DNA from: Candidatus Multivoradales bacterium
GTDB taxonomy: Bacteria; Acidobacteriota; Thermoanaerobaculia; Multivoradales; JAHEKO01
Direction of reading: 5' to 3'
DNA: 64,000 nucleotides
Assembly: GCA_965223855.1 (NCBI GenBank)
Contig: CBDCXM010000009.1
Location: 1,984,001-2,048,000, forward strand
Made by a program: the position numbers and the translations under genes. Shown piece by piece: positions 9,093 through 18,199 of the stretch. A model generated the notes under the pieces. It worked only from the letters and a program-made list of their open reading frames with translations, had not been told where the DNA came from and made no database searches. The stretch's first letter is position 1, and each line of letters opens with the position of its first letter.

Positions 9093-10167
9093 CGATGGGT
9101 AGGGATCCGGAAGCGGGACCGGGCGACTAGCCGGCGCGCGCCGTGGAGGGCTGGTAGGTGTGCGGCCTGAAACAGCCTTCGGGGAAGCGCGCCACCCGAC
9201 CCTGGCGGAGTGCCTTGGATGCCGCGCGGTACTCGAGCAAGAACCACCGGTAGGCCTCTTCCATCGCCCGACGCACCCCGGCGTCACGGGCATGGAATCT
9301 TGGGGCAGGCGTGCGCTTGAAGCGCTCTGGCCGGTCGTGAGGATCCTGGGCCAGGATCGCCTTGCGACCCAGGACGGGCTTGCCGGTTGCCTCGTGCGCC
9401 TCCTCTACGGCCTTGACCATCTGGCGGACTCGCTCGCGGTAGTCCGCGTCATCCAGATGTTCCCAGCAAGGGATCGGCGTCAGCTCTAGAAGGTGCTTCG
9501 AGGCGAAGCGCCTCGAAGGATTCGCTTCTCCCCGACGGTGCGCTCGATACTGTTCGGAGCGGTCGATCCACTCGCCTTCCATCGCTTCGCCGGAAAGCAG
9601 CGCATGCGTGCTCGTCGCTCCAGGCCAGTGACGAGGTGAAGCGACAAGCCGCTCCTTCACGCCTTGCTCGAGCAGATAGCGCAGCCGGCGAATGTGATCC
9701 TCGGGTGTCTGGCTGACGACCACATCCGTGTAGCGGCGTCCCCAGAAACGCTCCCTCCAGGCGTGGATTCTCCCGATCTCGCGAGCGACGTTGGAGTTGA
9801 CGTAGGTCATGAAGCTCGCCATCTGTTCGACGTCGGTGGGCCTCAGCAGCAGATGGGCGTGGTTCGACAGGTAGACGAAGCCACAGACTCGCATCCCCGT
9901 TCGCGCCTGGGCGCGAGCGAGGATGCCGACGACCCGGTCGCGCACCTTAGCCGACGGACGCAACAGGTACCGGCCGTGTTGCGTCCGGACCGTGATCTCG
10001 ACGAGGGACTCCTCCGGCAGATAGCGAAGCTTCCTGGACATTCCATGGAAGAGGACGCGACCGTGGCGCCGAATCTTGCACGCTTCGCCCGGTCTCTTGT
10101 TACGGCGTGAAGACGCGAGTTCGGCGGCGAATGTGAACCATTCGCCTGGAACCCCTCTCGGGGGAGG
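8882..10167 (-). mobile_element. Putative RAYT/Y1-HUH element bounded by imperfect inverted end motifs
   Basis: Left end GAGGTTCCGGGTGAATAGTC (8891-8910) matches the reverse complement of 10136-10155, GGGGTTCCAGGCGAATGGTT, at 15/20 positions. Each motif overlaps an outer mini-hairpin. Confidence 0.6.
9127..10041 (-). CDS. Y1 HUH transposase (REP-associated tyrosine transposase-like)
   Basis: MSRKLRY..VEITVRT..LLRP, HUH motif LSNHAHLL, FWGRRY, and LRYLLEQGVKERLV..P..WP..S. The ORF track's 760-aa ORF is an over-extension of this gene. Confidence 0.85.
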   Translation of the reverse strand: MSRKLRYLPEESLVEITVRTQHGRYLLRPSAKVRDRVVGILARAQARTGMRVCGFVYLSNHAHLLLRPTDVEQMASFMTYVNSNVAREIGRIHAWRERFWGRRYTDVVVSQTPEDHIRRLRYLLEQGVKERLVASPRHWPGATSTHALLSGEAMEGEWIDRSEQYRAHRRGEANPSRRFASKHLLELTPIPCWEHLDDADYRERVRQMVKAVEEAHEATGKPVLGRKAILAQDPHDRPERFKRTPAPRFHARDAGVRRAMEEAYRWFLLEYRAASKALRQGRVARFPEGCFRPHTYQPSTARAG

Positions 10168-10178
10168 ACTGATCGCCC

Positions 10179-10568
10179 TCAGTTGACCAGTGCGATGCCG
10201 AAGAACCTCCGGCAGTCGCCCGGCAGGCAGCCCGAGGGGTTCTGGCTGCTGGCCGTGTGGACCCAAAGCCGTACCGACTTGTCGTGGGCCATCGCAGTGT
10301 TGACGATCGCCATCGCCTGCTCGACCCGACTCTGATCGGAGTCGGCGATGGAGAAGAAGGAGACCGCGACGTCGCCGTACCTGCCGACGTTGAGCGGCGA
10401 CTGACAGCGAACGTGGTAGCGGCTGCCGAAGAAGACCGCCGACTCTGTCGGCTTGCAGTACTTGGTGACCGTTGCCGGGAGCGGATCGTCCGCGGCTACG
10501 CCGCCGGCGATGGCTGCGATGGCGAAGAGGGCGATGATCGGCACAGCGATGCGATGAGGGAGGGGCAT
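10179..10568 (-). CDS. Small secreted protein with 4 Cys, unknown function
   Basis: AGGAG RBS. Signal peptide MPLPHRIAVPIIALFAIAAIAGGVAA followed by a mature part of about 100 aa. Confidence 0.75.
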   Translation of the reverse strand: MPLPHRIAVPIIALFAIAAIAGGVAADDPLPATVTKYCKPTESAVFFGSRYHVRCQSPLNVGRYGDVAVSFFSIADSDQSRVEQAMAIVNTAMAHDKSVRLWVHTASSQNPSGCLPGDCRRFFGIALVN

Positions 10569-10881
10569 TGGGGACTCCTCTTGTGATGAAGCAACTGGGA
10601 TAGGGCGACGCCTGGCATCGTACCGCCCGATCCCTTCGCGGGGTTCCGGGTGGACACCGGATCGGCCTCTTGCAGCCTTCGGTACCGAGCGTCGAGGCGA
10701 GCGTGATGAAGGTCGCTCGAGATCGTGCCTTGAGAGCACCCATCGCGACGCTTCGCTTCTCGATGCCACCTTGAACGCCGAGCGTCGCCGACTCGATGAG
10801 GCGCCACCATCCCTGCGGTACTCTAGGTCGCCGTTCCGAAAAAGTCGGGAGCCGGCTTGTGAAGGAGCGAAGCAGAGCACG

Positions 10882-11646
10882 ATGAGGGTTCTCGCGGTTA
10901 TCGCGGCGCGCATGGGGTCCAGCCGGCTGCCGGGCAAGGCCTTGATGCCCCTGGCGGGCCGACCGATGCTCGAGCGGCTGATCGAACGAGCGAGGTTGTC
11001 CGGCCGGGTGTCCGATGTCGTCGTCGCCACCACCGAACTCGAAGCCGATGACGAGCTCGAGGCGCTTGCCGGCAACCTCGGGGTGTGCTGCTTCCGAGGA
11101 TCCGAGGACGACGTGCTCGGTCGCATCGACGCCGCGATTGATACGGTCGCCTGCGACGCGGTGGTGCAACTGTTGGGGGACAACCCTCTGGTCGATCCGC
11201 GGCTGATCGCCGATGTCCTCGATGCCTACGTCGCCACGGGTGCCGGGTGGATGGTGACTGCGACGGACGAACTTCCACGGGTGCCGGATGAGATGCCTCG
11301 CTTTCCGATCGGGGTGCGGGTCGAGGTATTCAGCCCTGCAGCGCACCGGCTCTGCGCCGAGCGGGCGGGGGACGCTCATTCCCGAGAGCACTCGTCGAGC
11401 TTCGCTCACAAGAACCCGGGCGTGTTCGACCTCGACTACTTCGCAGCGGACGGGCCGTGGGCGGCCGTCAGCCGCCCCGGCTACACCTTCGCGATCAACT
11501 ACCGCCAGAACTACGAGATGGTGCAGGTGATATTCGATCGTCTCTACCCCGTGGCGAGCGACTTCTCGTTGGCAGACGCCATCGGCCTGGTGGAAGCCGA
11601 TCCCGAGCTCATGGGCGGAATGGGGCCGCCGATGGTTGCATCGTGA
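10882..11646 (+). CDS. SpsF-like cytidylyltransferase
   Basis: AVIAARMGSSRLPGKAL, FRGSEDDVLGR, GDNPLVDP, REH. Confidence 0.88.
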   Translation: MRVLAVIAARMGSSRLPGKALMPLAGRPMLERLIERARLSGRVSDVVVATTELEADDELEALAGNLGVCCFRGSEDDVLGRIDAAIDTVACDAVVQLLGDNPLVDPRLIADVLDAYVATGAGWMVTATDELPRVPDEMPRFPIGVRVEVFSPAAHRLCAERAGDAHSREHSSSFAHKNPGVFDLDYFAADGPWAAVSRPGYTFAINYRQNYEMVQVIFDRLYPVASDFSLADAIGLVEADPELMGGMGPPMVAS

Positions 11647-13031
11647 GGGTCAAGACCACCGTCTACGTTCCGTGTCGCAACTACGGCCGCTTTCTCCGAG
11701 AAGCGATCGAGAGCGTCGTGGCCCAGTCGACGGACGATTGGGAGCTGATCGTCATCGGCGACGGACCCGAGGACGAAACCGCCGCCGTTGCCGAGAGTTT
11801 CGTCGAAGCCCAACCGAAGCGGATCCGCTACTTCGAGCACAAGGAGCCTCGCGGCCTGCGCGCGTGCGCCAACCACGCCCTCGACCTGGCGCGGGGCGAC
11901 TATGTCATGCGTCTCGACGCCGACGATTATCTGGACGAGAACGCGCTCCTCGTGCTCTCGAACTACCTCGATCGTCATCCCGATGTGGCCCTCGTCTACC
12001 CGAACTACACCTACATCGACGAGGCGGGCCGCTTCCTGGGTCTCGAGCGACGCAAGAAGGTTGGCGATGAGGCCCGGTTGCTCGATCTGCCGGCGCACGG
12101 CGCGTGCACCATGGTGCGCAAGCGGGCGCTCAAGAGCGTGGGCGGCTATGACGAGGTGTACAGCGCTCAGGATGGTCACGAACTCTGGTTGAAGGTGCTG
12201 CATCGTTACCAGGTGGCCAATGTCTCCACGCCGTTGTTCTTCTACCGGCAGCACGGCGCGTCGATGTCGAACGACCAGGAGCGCCTGCTCGCGGCGCGGC
12301 GGCAGATCAAGCGCGATCTCGTGAGGCGCCAGGAGGGCCGGGTCGCGCCCCGCATCGTCGCCTTGATCCCGGCCAAGAACACCTACGAACATCTACCGAA
12401 CGTCGTCACGGAATCACTGGCCGGCCGGCCCCTGCTGGAGTACGCCCTGGCCGCGGCCGAAGGGGTGGAGGGGCTTGCTCAGGTCGTGGTCACGACCGAC
12501 GCCGACGACGTGGCGGACTACTGTGCCGGGCGCGAGGGCGTGCTCACGCTCCGACGACCGATCGCCCTCTCCCATCCGCGCGTGACGATCAGCCAGGTGG
12601 TGGATCACGCGGCAAGGGAGCTCGAGACCGGCCACGAGATCTTCCCTGACATCGTTGCGCTCCTGAGCGTGCATTCGCCGTTGCGCCGAGCGGAGCACGT
12701 CCGCATGGCTATCGACACGCTGCTTCTCTACAACGCAGACAGCGTCCTCAGCGTTTACGAGGACTTCGACCTCCACTTCATGCATGGGGCGGAGGGGCTG
12801 GAACCCCTGAACGAGGCGATGCTCCAGCGACTTAGACTCGAGCGCGAGGCGCTCTACGTCGATAACGGAGCGATCAAGATCATGTGGCGTGAGGCGATCA
12901 CGCCCGATGGTCTCCTTGGCGCTCGAATAGGCCACACGGTCATGTCACGATCGGACAGTCTCCAGATCAAGAGCCGGGAGGACTTCCGGATGGCTCGCCA
13001 CCTTCTCGAGCGAGAGGGGTCGACGCCATGA
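11643..13031 (+). CDS. GT2 glycosyltransferase fused to a NeuA-like cytidylyltransferase domain
   Basis: GTGA overlap with the upstream gene. N-terminal VPCRNYGRFL..RLDADD. C-terminal ALIPAK..LAGRPLLEY..SPLR..DNGAI. Confidence 0.88.
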   Translation: MRVKTTVYVPCRNYGRFLREAIESVVAQSTDDWELIVIGDGPEDETAAVAESFVEAQPKRIRYFEHKEPRGLRACANHALDLARGDYVMRLDADDYLDENALLVLSNYLDRHPDVALVYPNYTYIDEAGRFLGLERRKKVGDEARLLDLPAHGACTMVRKRALKSVGGYDEVYSAQDGHELWLKVLHRYQVANVSTPLFFYRQHGASMSNDQERLLAARRQIKRDLVRRQEGRVAPRIVALIPAKNTYEHLPNVVTESLAGRPLLEYALAAAEGVEGLAQVVVTTDADDVADYCAGREGVLTLRRPIALSHPRVTISQVVDHAARELETGHEIFPDIVALLSVHSPLRRAEHVRMAIDTLLLYNADSVLSVYEDFDLHFMHGAEGLEPLNEAMLQRLRLEREALYVDNGAIKIMWREAITPDGLLGARIGHTVMSRSDSLQIKSREDFRMARHLLEREGSTP

Positions 13032-14053
13032 GTGTCGAGCCCTTTCCCGCCGGGAAGGTCCTGGTGATCGCCGAGATCGGAGGCAACCACGAGGGTGACT
13101 TCGCCGAAGCGGTCCGCCTTCTCGATCTGGCTGCGGACTCGGGCGCTCATGCCGTCAAGTTCCAGGTGTACAGCGCGGATGGTCTGGTCAATCCGCGCCA
13201 GAGTCCGGACCGCCATCGCCACTTTCAGGGCTTCTCGCTGCCTCTCGATCGCTATGTCGAGCTGGCCGAGCGCTGCGCGCAGCGGGGCGTCGAGTTCATG
13301 GCCTCCATCTGGGAGACCCGGGCGCTCGACGCACTCGATCCGTACATCGAGGTTCACAAAGTCGGCTCCGGCGACTTCAACGCCTGGGAGATGATCGAGG
13401 CGCTGGTGGCGACCGGTAAGCCGCTGATTCAATCGTGCGGTCTGGCAGAAATGTCCGAAGTCGAACGCTATGTGGAGTTCGTCGGCGCTCTCGACCCGAG
13501 CTACATCGACGGCCAGAAGCTCTGCCTGATGCAGTGTTCGGTGGCCTATCCGAGCACCGAGGCCGACGCCCACGTGTCAGCGATGGTCGCCATGGGTCGC
13601 GCCACAGGCCTGCCGGTGGGCTACTCGGACCATACGACGGACAGCTTCGCCGCCCAGGTGGCTGTGGCCATGGGCGCTCGAGCGGTCGAGATGCACTTCA
13701 CCGACAGCCGGGAAGGAAAGACCTTTCGCGATCATCAGGTGTCCGTGACCCGCGATGAGATGCGCCGTTTCGTCGGCACGATCGAGCGCATCCACCGGGT
13801 TCAGGGAGCTTCGGAGAAGACGCTGACCGCGGCCGAACGGGCGACCGACCACCTCGTTTCCTTCCGCCGCGCCGTCTATCCCGCTCGCGACTTACCCGCC
13901 GGCACCGTGCTCGGACGGGGCGATCTGGTGTCGCTGCGCCCGAACGTGGGCCTCGATGGGCGCGAGTACCATCGTCTTCTCGGTCGCCGGCTCAAGGTCG
14001 CAAAGGGGGCGCTCGAGCCGATGTCGTGGAGTGATGTCGAGGAGGTCGAGTGA
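13028..14053 (+). CDS. neuB: NeuB-family nonulosonic acid synthase with SAF domain
   Basis: IAEIGGNHEGD, AVKFQ, KVGSGD, GYSDHT, EMHFT, C-terminal RRAVY..LRP. Confidence 0.92.
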   Translation: MSVEPFPAGKVLVIAEIGGNHEGDFAEAVRLLDLAADSGAHAVKFQVYSADGLVNPRQSPDRHRHFQGFSLPLDRYVELAERCAQRGVEFMASIWETRALDALDPYIEVHKVGSGDFNAWEMIEALVATGKPLIQSCGLAEMSEVERYVEFVGALDPSYIDGQKLCLMQCSVAYPSTEADAHVSAMVAMGRATGLPVGYSDHTTDSFAAQVAVAMGARAVEMHFTDSREGKTFRDHQVSVTRDEMRRFVGTIERIHRVQGASEKTLTAAERATDHLVSFRRAVYPARDLPAGTVLGRGDLVSLRPNVGLDGREYHRLLGRRLKVAKGALEPMSWSDVEEVE

Positions 14054-15015
14054 ATCGCTGCCTGTTCAGCGCGCCGGCGGGGTTCATCCCGGAGGTGAGG
14101 GCCGAGTACGAAGAGCTCTTGCCGACCACCTTCGCCGAGATCTGGACCCGGGAGGAGCTGCCCGCGACGAGTGCCGCTACCGTCTGGGTGGTGAACCCGG
14201 GCCAGTCCTTCGTGATCGACGGTTCAGTGCTGGCGCGTTTTCCCGAGCTTTGCCTCCTCGTCACGCCGTCGACCGGCAGCAACCACATCGACCTCGACAG
14301 GTGCCGCGCGAATGGCGTGGCCGTACGGACGCTGCTGGATGATCGAGCCGGGCTGGAGACGATCAGCGCGAGCGCCGAGTTCACTTTCCTGCTCCTGCTC
14401 AACACGCTGCGCCGGCTCGATGTCGGCGTCGCCGAGGTCAAGGCGGGACGATGGCGCCAGCGAGAGGACCTGCTGCGGGGTCGGGAGCTCGGCGGCAAGC
14501 GGGTAGGCCTCGTCGGACTGGGCCGCATCGGCCGCCGCCTGGCGCGCTACTGCGCCGCTTTCGGGGCCGAGGTGCGCTATCACGACCCCTACGTCCCCAC
14601 GGCCGGCGAGCTGCCTCACGTTACCCTTGACGAACTCTTCGGCGGGTCCGACGTCGTCTGCGTTTGTTGCGCTTTGACGGCCGAGACCGACGGCCTGATC
14701 ACAGGCGACCTGATCCGGCGGTTGCCGCGCGGCGGAGCGCTGATCAACACATCGCGCGGTGAGGTGCTCGCCCAGGCGGAGCTGCTGGAGGTGCTGGGGG
14801 AGCGCGAAGACCTTCGCGTCGGTCTCGACGTCCTGGCCGGCGAGACGACGGCCGAGCACCTGGGCGGCGAACTCCTGGCGTTGCACGACGCCGGCCGAGT
14901 CGTCGTCACGCCCCACATCGCCGGGGCGACGGTCGAGTCCCAGGAGAAGGCGGCGCGGATCGCCCTCGGACTCATCGCCCGCCACTTCGGCGTCGAGTCG
15001 GGTGCGCATGGCTGA
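14050..15015 (+). CDS. D-isomer 2-hydroxyacid dehydrogenase (SerA-like)
   Basis: STGSNHID, GLVGLGRIG, INTSRGEV, GLDVL, TPHIAGAT. Confidence 0.9.
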   Translation: MNRCLFSAPAGFIPEVRAEYEELLPTTFAEIWTREELPATSAATVWVVNPGQSFVIDGSVLARFPELCLLVTPSTGSNHIDLDRCRANGVAVRTLLDDRAGLETISASAEFTFLLLLNTLRRLDVGVAEVKAGRWRQREDLLRGRELGGKRVGLVGLGRIGRRLARYCAAFGAEVRYHDPYVPTAGELPHVTLDELFGGSDVVCVCCALTAETDGLITGDLIRRLPRGGALINTSRGEVLAQAELLEVLGEREDLRVGLDVLAGETTAEHLGGELLALHDAGRVVVTPHIAGATVESQEKAARIALGLIARHFGVESGAHG

Positions 15016-16903
15016 GCCGACCGGAGGGTGGGCACGCCGGATCGGCGTCTCGGGAGGCGGGGCGTCGGGCGACTCCCGGCAGGCGATCCGGTTCTTGCGC
15101 GAGGTCGTCACCCTGCGGCGCGGTTGGGTTGGGGCGTTGCTCGCGCTCAGCCTCCTCGCGGCGATCTTCGAAGGGACCACGATGGGCGTCCTGGCGCTGG
15201 CGCTCCAGGTCGTCACGTCCTCCGGCGTGCCGGAGCTGGCGGCGGAGTTCGGCCGTATCGGTGCATGGGTCGATCGCCTGGCCGCGGGCTGGACGGAGCA
15301 ACGACTCTTCGTCGGGCTTGTCCTCTTCGCCGTCGCGAGCCAGCTTCTGCGCAGCGCGGCGACGCTCGGGAGTCAGTTCGTGACTGCGCACCTCGTGTCA
15401 CGCGTGGAAGCCGATGCTCGGCAGAGAGTCTTCCGGCAGATCGTGTCGATCAGTTACTCCGCAGTCCGGCGGCGCAAGGCCGGAGACCTTGCGAGCTTCA
15501 CCAACGAGGTGACGCACCTGGGCGCGGCCATCGTCGAATTGAGCGCACAGGTCATGCAGGTCGCCCTCATGGCCGCGTACTCGCTCGTTCTTCTCTGGAT
15601 CTCCTGGAAGCTTAGCCTGGCGGCCCTCGCCGCGGGAGCGGTCATTCTGTTCCTGATGAGAGGCCTGACGCGCAGGGTCTTCGTTCGTGCCGAGGCCTTC
15701 AAGACCGCACTCGTCGATCTCAATGCCACGGTGGTCGAGTACCTCCATGGCCTCGCCGTCGTCCGGGCACACGCACGCGAGGAGGCCGCCACCATGGACG
15801 TCGGCGAGCGCATCCACTCGGTGGCGCGGTCGCGGCGCGCCATGATCGCCTGGCAGGCAACCCTCGCTCCGACGATCGACGTCATCACCGTGCTCGGCCT
15901 CGCCGGGTTGCTCCTGGCCGGCTACTTCCTGCTCGGCGACGCGCGTCTCGCTCTTGCCGCCAAGATGGCGACGTTTCTCTTCGTGCTCTACCGCCTGATC
16001 CCCAGGATCTCGATCCTCAACAAGAACTGGGGGCGCATCGTCGGGCGCTTGCCGTTCATCGAGCGCATCGCGGCCTGGGTGCGAACCGACGACAAGGAGT
16101 ACCCGTCCGACGGCAAGCATGTCTTCACGGGCCTCGCGGAGGGTATCCGGATCGAGGGCGTGACGTTCCGATACGACGACGCGGATCGCTTCGCGGTCGA
16201 GGGGCTCGAGTTCGAACTCCCGGCCGGGGGGATGGTCGCTCTCGTAGGCGAGTCGGGCTCGGGCAAGTCCACCCTGGCGAGGCTGCTGCTGCGCTTCCAC
16301 AGGCCCGACGAGGGCCGAATTCTCGTCGACAACCGAGACCTGGGAGAGCTCGAGTGGAACTCGTGGCGGCAGCACCTCGGCGTGGTCAGTCAGGACACGT
16401 TCCTCTTTCACGCGAGCGTCCGGGACAACATCGCATTCGGTGTCGGGCAGGCGACCGACGAGGCGATAGAGACGGCCGCGCGGGCGGCCCACGCCGACGA
16501 GTTCATTCGTGAGCTTCCCGAGGGCTACGACACCGTGCTGGGTGAGCAGGGTGAGCGCCTCTCCGGCGGCCAGCGCCAACGCATCTCGATCGCTCGTGCC
16601 CTTCTCAAGGATCCGGCCATCCTCATCCTGGACGAGGCGACGAGCGATCTCGACAGCCGGGCCGAGCGCGACATCCAGCAGGCGATCGAGGCGCTACGCG
16701 GTGAGCGCACGATCCTGGTGATCGCGCACAGGCTTTCGACGGTCCAGGCGGCGGACGAGATCGTCGTCCTGGAGCGGGGCCGGATCGCGGAGCGAGGCGT
16801 GCATCGGGAACTTCTCGGTCTGGGTGGACGCTACGCGATGCTCTGGCGGCTCCAAGCGGGTCGCGAGGGGCAGAGTGAGGAGTCCCGGGGGGCGTCGCGT
16901 TGA
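15008..16903 (+). CDS. ABC transporter permease/ATPase (MsbA/PglK-like lipid-linked glycan flippase)
   Basis: N-terminal TM domain, Walker A GESGSGKST, LSGGQRQR, ILDEATS, IAHRLST. Confidence 0.92.
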   Translation: MAEPTGGWARRIGVSGGGASGDSRQAIRFLREVVTLRRGWVGALLALSLLAAIFEGTTMGVLALALQVVTSSGVPELAAEFGRIGAWVDRLAAGWTEQRLFVGLVLFAVASQLLRSAATLGSQFVTAHLVSRVEADARQRVFRQIVSISYSAVRRRKAGDLASFTNEVTHLGAAIVELSAQVMQVALMAAYSLVLLWISWKLSLAALAAGAVILFLMRGLTRRVFVRAEAFKTALVDLNATVVEYLHGLAVVRAHAREEAATMDVGERIHSVARSRRAMIAWQATLAPTIDVITVLGLAGLLLAGYFLLGDARLALAAKMATFLFVLYRLIPRISILNKNWGRIVGRLPFIERIAAWVRTDDKEYPSDGKHVFTGLAEGIRIEGVTFRYDDADRFAVEGLEFELPAGGMVALVGESGSGKSTLARLLLRFHRPDEGRILVDNRDLGELEWNSWRQHLGVVSQDTFLFHASVRDNIAFGVGQATDEAIETAARAAHADEFIRELPEGYDTVLGEQGERLSGGQRQRISIARALLKDPAILILDEATSDLDSRAERDIQQAIEALRGERTILVIAHRLSTVQAADEIVVLERGRIAERGVHRELLGLGGRYAMLWRLQAGREGQSEESRGASR

Positions 16904-18108
16904 CCGCTCACGAAGCGCGTCCCGTGGTCCTCTGCTTTGCGTACCACCGGCTTCATTGCTTCGTCTATCAGAGACTGTTCGCGGAGCTGCGCTCGCGCGG
17001 CGCCGAGCCGATCTGCGCGCTCTTCGGCGAGCACGTGGTCAACGGCCAGATCGAAGGCGAGCTGGTCGATGCGCTCGCAGCCGAATGCGAGGTGGTCCGT
17101 CTCGACAAGACGCTCGGCGAGCGCCTCATGGTGCGGCTCGTCCCACGCTGGGCACCCGGCAGCGGAAGGGACGCAAGCTGGGGCAGGAGAGGGAGTCGCC
17201 TGATCGAGCGCTTCGGTTCGCGACTGGAGTGCGTGGTCGTCCCGATGGAGTCGGCGGGTCGCTACCTGGCTCCGGCCGCCAGGCGGTACGGCCGTTTCGT
17301 CGCTCTCCAGTACGAGCCCTTTATTCAGTATGGTAAGAGCAAGACGATAGCGCGGCTCGAGGCCGAGCTGTTCTGCGCCTGGGGGCAGCAGGACTCGAAG
17401 GGGCTGCGCCGCGCCGGGGTGACCGCGCCGATCTATCCGGCCGGTTCGCCGATCGTGGAGCTCGCCTCGCGATTCGACTTCCCCCCGCTCGCTCGTGATC
17501 GGCCGCTCACCGTGCTCTACACGACGACACCTCTCCTGAGGCAGCGGCGGTTGGACTTTGCCGTGCGTCTGCCGTTCACCATGGAGGACTACCGCGAGAT
17601 GAAGCTCGCGGCCATGCGTGACCTGCATGCTCTGGTGACGCAGCATCCTCAGATCTCTGTCGTCGTGAAGCTCCACCCCATGGACGAGGGGAAGGTCGAG
17701 CGGGACTTCCTCGAAACGGTCGGAGACGTCTCGATGTCGCTTCTCGAACATCAGCCGACGGTGCCGATCGCCGAGCACATCGCAGCCAGCGATCTTCTGG
17801 TCACTCTTGGTTCGACCACGGCTTTCCAGGCGATCTGCAGCGGGACCCCGGTCGTGTTCCTCAACTACGGGAGCTGGACCGGTAAACACGAGATGGGCTA
17901 CCTGGCATACACCTTCGCGCTGGCGGCGACTGATTCTTCCTCCCTGCTCTGGGCGGTGGAGAAGACGTTGGGCGACCCCTCCACTCAGGCCGTGCTCGAG
18001 AACGGGCGTCGCCGCTACCTCGGACAGGTGGTCGAGGCGGACGGCGAGGAAGCCGTTGAGCGTACGTGCGACGCTCTGATGGGGCGTCTCGACCCGGCGA
18101 TGGTCTGA
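16900..18108 (+). CDS. Orphan GT-B-fold protein, candidate CMP-ulosonate or CDP-polyol transferase
   Basis: CAWG..GSP, VKLHP, SDLLVTLGSTTAFQA..GTPV. Located in the NeuB operon. Confidence 0.6.
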   Translation: MTAHEARPVVLCFAYHRLHCFVYQRLFAELRSRGAEPICALFGEHVVNGQIEGELVDALAAECEVVRLDKTLGERLMVRLVPRWAPGSGRDASWGRRGSRLIERFGSRLECVVVPMESAGRYLAPAARRYGRFVALQYEPFIQYGKSKTIARLEAELFCAWGQQDSKGLRRAGVTAPIYPAGSPIVELASRFDFPPLARDRPLTVLYTTTPLLRQRRLDFAVRLPFTMEDYREMKLAAMRDLHALVTQHPQISVVVKLHPMDEGKVERDFLETVGDVSMSLLEHQPTVPIAEHIAASDLLVTLGSTTAFQAICSGTPVVFLNYGSWTGKHEMGYLAYTFALAATDSSSLLWAVEKTLGDPSTQAVLENGRRRYLGQVVEADGEEAVERTCDALMGRLDPAMV

Positions 18109-18199
18109 GCAGCAGCCTCTCCGAAGAGGTGACCGTGGACACTTCACCTCCCGATCGAACGTCTGGAGAGTTGGCAGCCAGTCGGGCAAGGACACTTTC

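Noticed and set aside
8606-9293. Duplicated small ORFs (MRKRVGETV...)
   Set aside because: They are by-products of the 211-bp duplication, with no RBS or recognisable protein features.
10064-10080. Sigma54-like TGGC..TTGC motif
   Set aside because: The GG-to-GC spacing is 11 nt rather than 10, and the motif points away from the transposase.
9127-11409. 760-aa ORF as a single large protein
   Set aside because: Only 10041-9127 is transposase-like. The upstream part overlaps the secreted-protein gene in another frame and is antisense to spsF.
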